A model generated the notes under the pieces. The model saw nothing but the letters and a program-made list of their open reading frames with translations. It made no database searches and was not told the DNA's origin. Positions 51,687 through 64,000 of a stretch of DNA of 64,000 bases are shown one piece after another. The translations under genes were made by a program, and so were the position numbers. Origin of the DNA: Chiloscyllium plagiosum (lineage: Eukaryota); the NCBI RefSeq assembly GCF_004010195.1, contig NC_057718.1, positions 50,911,018-50,975,017 on the forward strand. Reading direction: 5' to 3'. Position 1 is the first letter of the stretch; every line of letters begins with the position of its first letter.

Positions 51687-52410
51687 ATATTCAAAGATTA
51701 CAAATACGTATACCTCCAGCTATTGATCATCAATAGCACTTTTACCAAGGTAGCTTTCACATATTAGGAACAATCTACATAGCTTGAAACTGAATCTGCA
51801 TAGTACAACAATTGATAGATATTTCTTGAATCTGTAGGGAAATGGGATAATACAAAGTATACTCTCAAATTAAATTGCTGCAGAATTAGTGACTGTGCTG
51901 AGCAAATTGATTTCCAGAGGAATTTGGCTTTAAGAGGAGAATTCCAGCATTGCTCAACAATTCACGTGACCCAGGATTTATCAATGCAATTCCCTTGCCT
52001 ATTAAATATATATTTAGTGCAAAAAAAATTTAAAGGATCAAGGAAATTCAGGTCCCTTCCCTCACAACACAGTGATATCTTTGTCAGCTGAAAGAAGTGG
52101 TATTCCCGGTGGTAAAGTGTCCTCCTTTGCGCAAAACATATTTGGGTTAATTATTCAAGGGCTTGCCAGTCAGAATGCACCATTATTAAAAAAATAATTT
52201 CAATTCAGACAGAGTGAAAAGAGCAACCTCTATTGATCAAAGCTAACAGATGATTAGTTGGCAACAGGAAGCAGAGTGTAGGCAGAAATAGACTTTTTCC
52301 TAATTCCAAGATAGAATAAGGTGTGCCATGAGGATCAGTATCAGGATCTCAAGTGTTTGCAATGAATATAAATGTTTTGGATTAAGAGGACAAAGATGGA
52401 GAGGACTGTG

Positions 52411-52718
52411 GATGGCACGGTGGCGCACGGTGGCGCACTGCTGCCTCACAGCGCCAGAGACCCGGGTTCAATTCCTGCCTCAGGTGACTGATTGTATGGA
52501 GTTTGCACATTCTCCCTGTGTCTGCGTGGGTTTCCTCTGGGTGCTCCGGTTTCCTCCCACAGTCCAAAGATGTGCAGGTCAGGTGAATTGGCCATGCTAA
52601 ATTGCCCGTAGTGTCAGGTGAATGGGTAAATGTAGGGGTATGGATGGGTTGCACTTCGGCGGGTCAGTGTGGACTTTTTGGACTAAAGGGCCTGTTTCCA
52701 CACTGTAAGTAATCTAAA
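52411..52718 (+). mobile_element. HE1-like tRNA-derived shark SINE, near full length
   Basis: tRNA-like head with B-box ggttcaattcc, core tggagtttgcacattctccc...ggtttcctcccacagtccaaagatgtgcagg, and LINE-like tail aagggcctgtttccacactgtaagtaatct. Confidence 0.92.
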
Positions 52719-52721
52719 AAA

Positions 52722-53370
52722 ATCATTTGATTGTCACTTTTGCTGATAACACAAAGATTGGTGGAAGAGCAAGTTTTGAAATGGTCATAAGGAGGTTAAA
52801 AAAAGAGACAGGTAAGCTCGGTGATTGGGAAAGGATCTGGCAGATGGAATATAATGTAGGAAAAACTAAAGTTGTCCATTTTGCAGGAAGAATAAAAAGG
52901 AAACATATTATCAAAATGATGAGAAACCATCAAGCTCTGAAGTGCAGAAGGACCTGGGAGTCTTAGTGAATGAATCACACAAAGCTAGCATCCAGATACA
53001 AGTATTTAAGAAAGCTAATATAATGTTTTATTTATTATAGGGAAATTGAATACAAAAGTAGGGAGGTTTTGCGAGAATTATACAAGGCACTGGTGAGAGC
53101 ACATCTGGAGTAATGTACAGTATTGTTCACCTTATTTAAGGAAGTAGTTCAGAGTAGTTTTACAAAGTTAATATGTGGGCGATCTTATGAGGAAAGGTTG
53201 GACAGGCTAGGCTTGCATCTGCTAGAGTTTAAAAGAGTAAGAGGGGGTTTTATTGAAACATACAAGATCCTGAGGGGTTGTAACATGGTAGATGTGAACA
53301 GAATATTTCCTCTAATTAGAGAATCTTGAGAGTTTAGAGTTTAAAAGTAAGTGATTGTCCATTTAAGATG
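52722..53370 (+). mobile_element. Old CR1-like LINE fragment
   Basis: ORFs FADNTKIGG, WQMEYNVGK and SYEERLDRLGL. Confidence 0.85.
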
Positions 53371-53474
53371 GAGGAGGTTTTATTTTTTGCTCACAGACTG
53401 TTGTGCAACTTTGTAACTCTTGCTGAAAATACAATAAAAGCAGGGTCACTAAATGGTTGACATGCTGGCTCATG

Positions 53475-53588
53475 GATGGCATGGTGGCTCAGTGGTTAGC
53501 ACTGCTGCCTCACAATGCCAGGGACCCAGGTTCAATTCCAGCCTTGGGTGAGTGTCTGTGTGGAGTTTGCACATTCTCCCTGTGTCTG
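53475..53588 (+). mobile_element. HE1-like SINE 5' fragment
   Basis: ggcatggtggctcagtggttagcactgctgcctcac...ggttcaattcc (A and B boxes), truncated. Confidence 0.85.
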
Positions 53589-54659
53589 AATTCTCGTTGT
53601 TCTGCCCAAGTAAGTTCTAGGTAGGAAGGTCCATCAGTGGCTTCCATGCATAGATTCCACTGAACACCTTTCAGTGGTCACTTAACAAGCACTTAAGGAA
53701 AAATTCTTGGCCCGGTTGTTTCCTTCGGGACAAGTAATAGACTTCCCATCCTGCTGGTAAATCTATGTAGGCTGTCAATTGGAGGGAATCCCCCTCTAAT
53801 TTCTGCATAATCAAGGATATGACAGCCAAACATTTACTCTTGCATCCAACCCTGATGGCTCCTCCTGCTTGTGGCTCTGAGAGCTATCACCCCCAACAAC
53901 ACGTTCATATGTCGCTGGTCATTGCTCCATCCGGGGAGTCTGAGAGGGGCTCCCTCAGCAACAGCCACTGCCTCCTCTGTCGTACAGCTGCCTGACGATA
54001 TGACCCACCTGTGATTGACCAGCAGCTCTCAGAGGCAAGCAGATCCATGCAATCAGGAGGTCCTATCCCAGAGTTATCAGTCAGGAAGGTGATTGGTGTC
54101 AGCTCAAGGGTCTGATAGGTGCAAGATCCTGTGAACCTTTTCTGCTAAGGTTCAGTCCTCCTGTAGGCAGCATGCCTGGCTCAGGAGATTCTGCCCATTG
54201 GCTGGAAATTTAGGATCTCTCTCACGATGTGTCAGGAAGCCAGAACGGCAGGCCATTTCATGGGATGATGGTGTTTCAAAATGCTACCACCTTAGTTCTT
54301 CTGGCAGAATTAATTCAGGGATGTGATGTCCCAAGACTGAACTTCTAATCCTGCCATCAATCAAATTCCTTTGTGGGCAACAAATGAGCACTTAAGTGTC
54401 TCATTCTGCCTCGACTGGTATTAACCCAGTAGTCGGTGGGTCTGACAATGTGAAACCTTCACAACAGGTATAATTATGTGGCCTACTTCGGAGCTTCCTG
54501 GTGGGTGAAGGTTACTCAGTCAAAGGTCTCAACATTGAAAGAGGGGAGTCTCACTGCGAACCACTTCTGACTTTGCTACTGACTCACCCACTCAACGCCA
54601 AATTCCACTCCCTGCAACCCCCCCAGGAGACGTCTGTTGTCATTGGACAAAAAGAAAGA

Positions 54660-54835
54660 AATAACTGCAGATACTGGAAGTCTGAAACAAAAACAGAAAT
54701 TGCTGGAAAAACTCAGCAGGCCTGGCAACAGCTGTGGAGAGAAATCTGTACCGAGTTAATGGTTCAGGTTCAGTGACCCTTCTTCTGAACAGTTCTGCCA
54801 GACCTGCTGCACCTTACCAGTAGCTTCTGTTTCAG
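54660..54835. repeat. Penelope-terminus-derived short element with inverted ends
   Basis: aaacaaaaacagaaattgctggaaaaactcagcagg...ccagacctgctg...ttctgtttcag. Relatives occur at 39668-39812, 43535-43745, 18885-18985 and 6040-6150. Confidence 0.6.
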
Positions 54836-55105
54836 GGTGGCACGGTGGCTCAGTGGTTAGCACTGCAGTCTCATAGCACCAGGGTCCCAGGTTCGATACC
54901 AGCCTTGGGCGACTGTCTGTGTGGAGTTTGCACATTCTCCCCGTGTCTGCATAGGTTTCCTCTGGGTGCTCTGGTTTCCTCTCACAGTCCAAAGATNNNN
55001 NNNNNNNNNNNNNNNNNNNNNNNNNNNNNNNNNNNGAGAGTCGATGTGGACTTGTTGGGCCGAAGGGCCTATTTCCACACTGTAGGGAATCTAATCTAAT
55101 CTAAT
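54835..55105 (+). mobile_element. HE1-like SINE spanning a small assembly gap
   Basis: Same head and core as above, with an (AATCT)n tail. N-run at 54997-55035. Confidence 0.9.
54997..55035. other. Assembly gap (39 N)
   Basis: N-run inside a SINE. Confidence 1.
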
Positions 55106-55852
55106 CAGTCCCTCCTGCCATTCTGCAGCTGTGGCCGGTGTTGCTCCTCCAACCATGGTCTCTAGCAAGTGTGGTTCTGACAGCAGACATTGTCTTCTCA
55201 GTGGCAAAGAGCTAGTGAGCTCTCATTGATCGCACTGAGATTTTCACAACTGCCACCTCTGGATTCTCAGTCTAGGAAAGGCCCATTACTGGCTGCTTAC
55301 CTGGATGAGTAACTAAGCAAAACAAAATTTAAGAAGTCTCTGATGCCTCCACAAAATCCAGTCGATTGCACCAGTTCACCTAGTTTCCAGATTTGACCAG
55401 TAGGAGTCCAACAGAACAAGTAAAATTTATATTTATTTGGATATTTTTCTTTAAAATTGATACTTGAAGGCAAAAGTAGATAGATTTTTGAACAGTAAAG
55501 GAATTAAGGCTTATCTTAACCGGGTGGGTAAGTGAAGCTGAGTCCACAAAAAGGTCAGCCATGATCTTATTGCCTGGTGGAGCAGGTTTGACAGGTCAGG
55601 TGACCTATTTATGCTCTTATTTCTTATGCCCTTATGTTTACTCTGCTTCCTGGTGAATCTGACAATCTGTTGATAAGTTGTAGTAAAATACTGTACAACT
55701 GCTTGAGAATTTCCAAGCTGCACCCTCCAAATAGACAAAGACATTAATAAGCTCCAGCTAAGCCAAAACCCAGAAAAGTCATCAGCCAATCACCATGTTC
55801 TCGAATATGTTCTTTTCACAGTTGACATGTCAACATGAATGTCTCATGGTGT

Positions 55853-55967
55853 TCAGATCAGAGTGGTGCTGGAAAAGCACAGCAGGTCAGGCAGCATCCG
55901 AGGGGTAGGAAAATCGACATTTCGGGCAAAAGCCCTTCATCAGCATCTGCAATCCTCACTTTTGCCC
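55853..55967 (-). mobile_element. 115-bp non-autonomous Penelope-derived mini-element with hammerhead core and 14-bp target-site duplication
   Basis: Flanked by the exact direct repeat atgtctcatggtgt (55839-55852 and 55968-55981). Contains CUGAUGA-A-GGGC-UUUU-GCCC-GAAA-UGUC on the minus strand (55916-55943). Confidence 0.75.
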
Positions 55968-56339
55968 ATGTCTCATGGTGTACCAAGTTAAAAATCACAC
56001 AACACCAGAGTATAGTCCAGCAGGTTTATTTGGAAGCACTAGCATTCGGAGCACTGTTGCTGTGTGAATGTCTCACGTTATTCTTCTGTGACTGCATTCT
56101 GCAATACTGTACTAAAATGTCACGAATTAGGATAATAAATAGTTTTGTGAGGTACTGAAAGAAATTTCATACCGTGAAAGGCACACACTTTCAGTTTCTG
56201 AAATGAAAGGAAACATTAATCAAAATGTAACTGCATTTAGAAATTGCAATAAACCTATAAAACCTGAGTAAACTATATTTTCATTCATTGTGAATTATAC
56301 AGAAAAAAGGATTCGAGCTTTTCTACAACTTTTCTTTGC

Positions 56340-56600
56340 CATCGACATACCATGCACTGCCTCACAGTTAATGAACTTTCAAGGTGCTCTTTCATCTGCC
56401 AGCAGGCAGATACAGCAGTCAGATTGAACATGGCAATGTTCCACGTTAAATGGGCTTTTGAGGGAATAGTACTGAAGAGGACACCTGGAGACTCCTTCTG
56501 AATTGTGCCAAGGTATTTTTCGCTTCTGGCCAAACAGGCAGATGGGGCCTCATTTTAGCCACACATTTAGATGCTGGCATCTTTCACTAAGGGCTCGACT
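56340..56600 (-). mobile_element. Ancient Deu-domain SINE-like fragment
   Basis: The minus strand reads taaaatgaggccccatctgcctg...ccttggcacaattcagaagg...ccaggtgtcct, resembling the Deu domain. Confidence 0.45.
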
Positions 56601-58311
56601 TCACATCTGCACATCAGGTGTGTTGCACCTGCACCAATGTAAAATATGGGTGTGATGACAATGTGTTGGCAATACAGCATCATCCTGCCAGTCTCCCAAA
56701 GTTCCGAAGGTGAGCGGGAATGGAAATCTACAATCTACCTGCCATTTCAGAGGTGCTTTGAACAACCTATTGAGCTTATTAACACCTAAATAAATGTCCA
56801 CAACATTTCATTGTCCACTGTATTCTCAGACATTGCACATGTAAAAAGTAGAGGTGGTTTATGGTAACTATGGCAAATGGATGGAAGAAAATGCCTATTA
56901 TTGTACATGATAGAAATGCCGGCATACAGTTTAATACATATATTTTTAAAATAATATTTTTGAGCCTGATTCTGAGAGCAGACGCTCTTTTAATTCCAAC
57001 CATAACCAACTTCTTGTCTGCAGTATTGTCCCTCTGTCACATGATGACCCTGCCGAGACTGCTGATTGGCCCAGAGCTTCCTTTACACCTTATAATTGGC
57101 ATTCTATGAGCTGAAATTTCACAATGTTCTGTACAAAGAATCCAATAACCTGACAAAAGAGCTCCTGAAGAAGCAAGGAATAGCTTTAGACAAAGCAGTT
57201 TAGCTAAACAATGAAAGAAAACCAATAGAACATCAGACTGTGGGAATATCATGAATTACAAACAAGACGGTTAAATAATGTCAAACAAAAATCTGTAGTA
57301 TTAGATTATTCAAAGTTTAAAGAGGAGAAAACAAAAGAAATTTTGGCTACTGAGAATTGCAGTAAAGCCATAGGAATTTATCTTCCTGTTAAGTAAAGAA
57401 GCAAACAAAACAGTGAAAATAAAGGCTAGGCCAGAATTTGTTGCTTATTTCTAATTGCCCAACGGGCAGCAATGAGACTAACCAAATTAGTCCTGGTTTT
57501 GCATGCAGATCAGTTCAGATAAGGATGCTAGGTTTTTTCCCCAATGGACAATAGCAAACCCTCAGTTGGATTTTTACAACAACCGACAATGGTCACCATT
57601 AACCAAAGCTTTTTTTAATTTCAATTTTTCATTAAATTCAAATATCACTATCCACTATGGCTGGAGTTTTACCAGAATATTAGCTTTGGATTGCGAGTGC
57701 TGTGACATTACCAATACTACCATTACCACCTCCCCTTAGAGAAATGAACATTAAACAAATAAAAGAGGGGTATCAGATGCTGCCATTGATTAACTGCACG
57801 ATGTAAACTACATATAACTGGGGAGAAGTGTATACCATGTTTGAACAGCATCAGAAGAGAGCAAAGAAAATTTCACATGAGTACATTTCATAGAGACAGC
57901 TGTCCATAGCAGTCGGCAGCTGCCTCCACTCATGTCAGATTTTGCTGACCCAGGAGTATGAAATGTGCTGTGCATTAATTAGACCTGGCAGGAGCGAGTT
58001 TAAACTTTCTAGATTCATTTGGGTAGCCAGGGTCCTTCCTTGTCGAGATTGGCCTGGATTTTCGCCATGGATAGACAGCCTTTTCGGCATGGTGAAAAAG
58101 ACACAGGAACCTGGAAATCACAAGTCCTGCCCATTTTTTAACTTCCCATTTTGTGTAAGTGGGAATGGAGTCAGCTCAAGATTTGAAATGCTTCACAAAG
58201 TCAGCTGGCCATTTTAGTCATTAGTTGCCTTTACTCAAGTTCAACCTTGGCATCCTAGCAGTGTGAAACCAGAAGTCTGCAAACTCTACCTGGGAAGAGC
58301 AGGTCGAAACT

Positions 58312-59480
58312 TAAACATAGAAAATAGGAGCCTGAGTCGGTCATTCAACATTTCAATCCTGCTAAATCACTCATTATGATCATGACTGGTCATCCTACTT
58401 AATAGCCTATTCCACCCATTTCCTTTAATCCCTTTTCTTTAAGTGCAATACACCCTACACGATCTTGAAATTATAAAATGTTTTGGCCTTGACTGTTTGC
58501 TATGGTGAGTTGACTATTCCCTGGGTGAAGAAATTTCTCATCTTGGTCCTAAATGGTTTACCCAACATCCCGAGATTCTGACCCCCGGTTCTGCATTCCC
58601 TTGTCATTGGAAACATCCTTCTTGCATCTACCCTGTCTAGTCCTGTTTAAATTTTACCGATTTCTACGAAATATTCCTTCATTCTTCTGAACTCCAAATA
58701 TAATCCTAACTGATTAAACCACTCCTCATATGCTAGTCCTGCTATCCTGGGAATTAAGCTGGTCAACCTTCACTACACTCCCTTTAAAGCAAGAGCATCC
58801 TTTCTCAGGTAAGGATACTAAAACTGCACACAAATTCCAGTTATGATCTCACCAAGGCCCTGTCTAATTGCAGCAAGATATCCCCGTTCCTGCACCAAAC
58901 TTCTCTCGCTATGGACAGCGAAATATCCTTGTCTTTGTTACTGCCTACTGCAACTGCAAGCTTACCTGAGTGACTGGTGGACAAGAACACCAAGCTCTCA
59001 TGGCATATTCCTGTCACTTAAATTACAGCCAGTCCTGTCTTCCTGTTTTGCTACCAAAGTAGATGGCCTCATATTTATCCACGTTATACTGCATCTGTCA
59101 TACATTTGCCCACTCACTCAGCCAGTCCAACTCATACTGAAGAATCTCTCCATCCTTCTCACAGCTCACCCTCCTATCCAAGTTTGTGCCATCTGCAAAT
59201 TTAGAGATATTACATTTATTTTCCTTATCTAAATCATATATTACATATATAATATTAAAATAAATGTGTAAGTATCTGGGGTCCACACAATGATCCCTGC
59301 AATACCCTAGTGGTCACTGCCTGCCATTTATTCATAGTCTTTGTTTCCTGCCTGCCAAACAATTTTCTATTCATCTCTTTACATGACTCCCATTATCATA
59401 AACTTCAATTTTATACACTAATCTCTTATGTGGGACTTCATCAAAAGCCTTCTGAAAGTTCAAATCAATCACATCCACTG
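58312..59480 (-). mobile_element. Old CR1-like LINE fragment
   Basis: ORF YDLDKENKCNISKFADGTNL...DWLSEWANV, with a CR1 3' UTR at about 58315. Confidence 0.8.
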
Positions 59481-61762
59481 ACTTGGTTCATTTTCTTTGA
59501 AAGTTGCGAATACCTTTAGAGAGAAAAGGTACTCCTTTGAATACAGTCCCAGCACACCTTTGAAGAATGTCAGTGGAGCTTTGAGGTAGGTAAGATGCCT
59601 TTGGAATGATTACCAGGTGAATGTGCATAAAGCGTGCACACATATATTCATTGTCAAATTCATTGGAGCTGCTATAACCATTTGTCAAAAATATCAAAAG
59701 CTCCTGTCAAAAGAACCCCTCAAAAATGTCGACAGGAATTGTCAAATTAAGTTGCCAAAATTGTCATGAGGCCATGTCAAAAGTAACTGTAAAAGGGATC
59801 TGTCAAGGTACTTAAAATTCTGCCTTTTAGACTTCTGAGAAAAAAGGCGTGGGGTTAAAGAAATGACACATGGCTTGCCACTTCACTGCCTTTTGACATA
59901 ATCCTGTATGTTGCATTCATGGATTATCTCCATACAATTGATTTCACAACCGTTCATTATTACAGGGGAACGCCTGCCACATCAGAGCTTGATTGATAGA
60001 ACCAACAAGTTAAAAAGAAAACTTTTGAAGTGGGACTACAACCTAAATAAATTCCAATGTTTGCTATGATAATGGATCTAGCACTTCAATGAAATGTTTG
60101 TTCCTACAAGGCATTATTCAGTTGATGGAATTCAAGTAGAGAAAATGGATTTCATTAATGACAGTGCTCTTTTTTCCCATACTGAAATTTGCAATGTTTA
60201 CTTAAAATTTTATTTAATAGAATGTTATTTTATCCCATCACTGCAAGACTCCTAATATCTTGCAATGGTAGATACTGTATGAATTTTCATTGTTGGTATA
60301 GGGCAAAGGGAAATAGCAGGGAGAGGCATATGTTGGAACTAAATCATCATATGTTGGCATAGAGACTATAAAGGGCTGGGGTGATTACTGAAGCATAAGG
60401 TGGCAAGGAAGGTGTAAAGGAGTTAAGGAGTTAAGGGGTTAAGGAAGGTGAAGAGGCATAACATGAGATTAGTTGCCGTGTAATGTGTCAGAGGTGAGGG
60501 GATGTTTTATTGGTTTTGGCTGAAACTTCAACGAAATGCTGCTGCACCTTCTATCTGATCCACCTCTTCAACAGCCTCCACTCTCGGTCTGGGTCCATTC
60601 AGCATCTGTGCTAATCGAGATACTTTCCCCACTGACTGAAAATCAGACAGCAGGGAGTGATTTTGTAAAGGCCATGGAGTTTATGGAGTTAGTAATTCTC
60701 CCAACTCTGTGCACCCCAACTTTGGCTCATAATCCTGACCAAAAAATACCCCTTTGGGTATGGTGCCAGGACACAGTAGGCAGGGGTATGGCATTCTGTT
60801 TTGGATTGTTAAAATGAATGTGGGAGTCCATGCTGCTGAAAGTATCAGATAATCCTGGTCAAGGTTACAGCGAAAACAATTGGTAAGTTCACCGCCAAAC
60901 TGCTCATTCCCTCAACCCGTCAACAATGCATTAGACACAATGAACCCACCTCCTCAGTCCTTTTCTTCATTATTATTCAGATTTTTAGCACAAGGGCTTC
61001 ATCAATTGTCTATTGCTGAGCAGCTGGAATGGTACAAAGTGAAGAGCTAGTCACGAATTGCACTAAATTAGGGAGGTTTGGATAAGACCAGGGGGCAAAG
61101 CTGCCCATCACATTAGTGTGGCTCCCTGACCAAATGGCTACAGCTGGCAAATGGATTTGACTGAGAGTTTGAGGCTCAGTGGCAATAAATGGCAACACAC
61201 TCTGCTTCCCTTTAACTGATCAACAACAGCCATCACTAGAAACCCTTGCCGTTCTTTCAAAATTCAAACCTTCCTCTCAAATAAACTTTTAATGACCCCG
61301 ATTAAGTGAATCAATTGACCTTAATCAGAAAGGAAACATGATTGCTGAACCTTCCATTCTCCCTGCCTCAGACTGAGGATGAACCAGGCCATTTGCAAAC
61401 ATGGTTTAGACCGAAGAGATGAGCTTCAAACTATATACCACTTCAATCACTAATCACTGGTACCCCCACTTCCATAAACTTGCCCGATTCCCCAAATCTT
61501 ACAAATGAAATCCTCAGCAATTCTTTATTACTTTTAAACATAGCCATGATGAAAAAAATCTTGACTAGCCTCCTCTGCCCATCAGAAACTTGAGGTAGTC
61601 CAAACTTCTGTTGCCCAGGAATGCATTCAGACCAAATACAATTTGCTCTCAAGCCCAGTGCTCAGTGACTGACAACTTCCCAGTTAAGCAATACCTCAAT
61701 TTTCAAATCTTTAACCCCATTTCCATAATTTCATTATTCCCCTTCTCTGTAAAGCCCACAAT

Positions 61763-63525
61763 TAGAGTAATAGAGTCATACAGATGTACAGCATGGAAAC
61801 AGACCCTTCGGTTGAACCCGTCCATGCCGATCAGATACCCCAACCCAATCTAGTCCCACCTGCCAGCACCCGGCTCATATCCCTCAAATGTCTCTTATAT
61901 GTTGCAATTGTACCAGCCTCCACCACATCCTCTGGCAGCTCATTCCATACACGTACCACCCTCTAAATGAAAACTTTGCCCCTTAGGTCTCTTTTATATC
62001 TTTCCCCTCTCACCCTAAACCTATGCCCTCTAGTTCTGGACTCCCCGACCCGAGGGAAAAGACTTTGTCTATTTATCCTATCCATGCACCTCATGATTTT
62101 GTAAACCTCTATAAGGTCACCCCTCAGCCTCCGACGCTCCAAGGAAAACAGCATCAGCCTGTTCAGNNNNNNNNNNNNNNNNNNNNNNNNNNNNNNNNNN
62201 NNNNNNNNNNNNNNNNNNNNNNNNNNNNNNNNNNNNNNNNNNNNNNNNNNNNNNNNNNNNNNNNNNNNNNNNNNNNNNNNNNNNNNTCCATCTGCCACTT
62301 CTCAGCCCATTGGCCCATCTGGTCCAGATCCTGTTGTAATCTGAGGTAACCCTCTTCGCTGTCCACTACACCTCCAATTTTGGTGTCATCTGCAAACTTA
62401 CTAACTGTACCTCTTATGCTCCCATCTAAATCATTTATGTAAATGACAAAAAGTAGAGGACCCAGCACCGATCCTTGTGGCACTCCACTGGTTACAGGCC
62501 TCCAGTCTGAAAAACAAGCCTCTACCACCACCCTCAGTCTTCTGCCTTTCAATCGTTCTGTATCCAAATGGCCAATTCTTCCTGTATCCCATGAGATCTA
62601 ACCTTGCTAATCAGTCTCCCATGGGGAACCTTGTTGAACGCCTTACTGAAGTCCATATAGATCACATCTACTGCTCTGCCCTCATCAATCTTCTTTGTTA
62701 CTTCTTTAAAAAACTCTATCAAGTTTGTGAGACATGATTTCCCACGAACAAAGCCATGTTGACTATCCCTAATCAGTCCTTGCCTTTCCAAATACATGTA
62801 CATCCTGTCCCTCTGGATTCCCTCCAATAACTTGCCCACCACTGAGGTCAGGGTCACCGGTCTATAGTTCCCTGGCTTGTCTTTACCGCTCTTCTTAAAC
62901 AGTGGCACCACGTTTGCCAACCTCCTGTGACTATCGATGATACAAATATCTTAGCAAGAGGCACAGCAATCACTTCTCTAGTTTCCCACAGAGTTCTCGG
63001 GTACACCTGATCAGGTCCTGGGGATTTATCCACCTTTAACCATTTCAAGACATCCAGCACTTCCTCCTCTGTAATCTGGACATTTTGCAAGATGTCACCA
63101 TCTATTTCCCTACAGTCTATATCTACCATATCCTTTTCCACAGTAAATACTGATGCAAAATATTCATTTAGTATCTCCCCCATTTTCTGTGGCTCCACAC
63201 AAAGGCCGCCTTGCTTATCTTTGAGAGGCCCAATTCTCTCCCTAGTTACTCTTTTGCCTTTAATATATTTGTAAAAACCCTTTGGATTCTCCTTAATTCT
63301 ATTTGCCAAAGCTATCTCATGTCCCCGTTTAGCCCTCCTAATTTCCCTCTTAAGTATACTCCTACTTCCTTTATACTCTTCTAAGGATTCACTCGATCTA
63401 TCCCGTCTATACCTGACATTTGCTTCCTTCTTTTTCTTAACCAAGCCCTCCATTTCTTTAGTCATCCAGCATTCCCTATACCTACCAGTCTTCCCTTTCA
63501 CCCTGACAGGAATATACTTTCTCTG
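61763..63525 (-). mobile_element. CR1-clade LINE, 5'-truncated, spanning an assembly gap
   Basis: ORFs carry IKENPKGFYKYIK, KPGNYRPVTLTSVVGK, GVPQGSVLGPLLF, KFADDTK and LERRRLRGDLIEVYKI. Confidence 0.95.
62167..62286. other. Assembly gap (120 N)
   Basis: N-run inside a CR1 LINE. Confidence 1.
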
Positions 63526-64000
63526 TGAGATGTTAGTGCATCCCTAAACTCTTGAGTCTCACCAAAATTTTAATCATTCCAATGTTGGAGGCTAGGCTTT
63601 CATATTCTAAGTGCTTGAAGTCACTGCCAAAACCTTAGAAAAAGATGGATTCCAGCTAGGGCTAGGCAATGCATGCCAACAATACTCACAGCCCAATGAT
63701 GCCTAACAATACACGTTGGAATTACTTTGATCCAAAATTATTTCCCAAAACATTGCATAATATGAGTATATTGAGAATGCTGAATCCATAAATGACATCA
63801 TTGCCCAGAGAAGAACATAATGTTACACTGCAGAAAAATCCTAGAAATCACTAGAATCATAATTTGCAACTTTTGTTTTCTTTTTTCCAATCTCAGATGC
63901 CTTAAGTTTCTGAATAGTTCAGAATTTACAATAGCATCAACAAGCACTTTGAAATCTTTAAGGTCAAAACACCCACGAGCAAAAGCAAGCAAAATAGTCT

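Noticed and set aside
52411..52490. tRNA genes suggested by A/B boxes in several places
   Set aside because: These are tRNA-derived SINE heads continuing into SINE core and tail, not full cloverleafs.
60413..60445. Short (GGAGTTAA)-like tandem resembling a telomeric repeat
   Set aside because: Only about three imperfect units and not TTAGGG; low-complexity sequence.
49111..64000. Preceding LNS6 exon (WPPNDRPSTRADRLA) or beta-neurexin first exon
   Set aside because: No matching translation seen; presumably upstream of the window.

Overview
Eukaryotic, AT-rich, repeat-rich genomic DNA, almost certainly from a cartilaginous fish (shark). It carries HE1-type tRNA-derived SINEs, CR1/HER1-like LINEs, L2, Deu-domain SINEs and Penelope-like elements. 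The window lies inside a neurexin gene on the minus strand (best match NRXN1, with some NRXN2/3-like residues). Three exons are present. An LNS6 exon lies at 49110-48939 (172 nt), the 90-nt alternatively spliced SS4 cassette exon at 26004-25915, and the LNS6-end/Thr-rich stalk exon at 24794-24475 (320 nt). Splice sites are canonical and phases are compatible with or without SS4. The rest is intron, and nearly all other listed ORFs are transposon remnants or chance. I found no novel multi-gene system. The most interesting non-coding observations are: (i) an intact-looking Penelope-type minimal hammerhead ribozyme in sense orientation in the neurexin pre-mRNA, plus decayed copies and a 115-bp hammerhead mini-element with a 14-bp TSD; (ii) an in-frame upstream acceptor at SS4 that would introduce a stop codon; (iii) a candidate recursive splice site; (iv) several local templated duplications or inversions, one resembling a CR1 3' transduction. 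Repeat boundaries are approximate and family names come from recognition, not database search.
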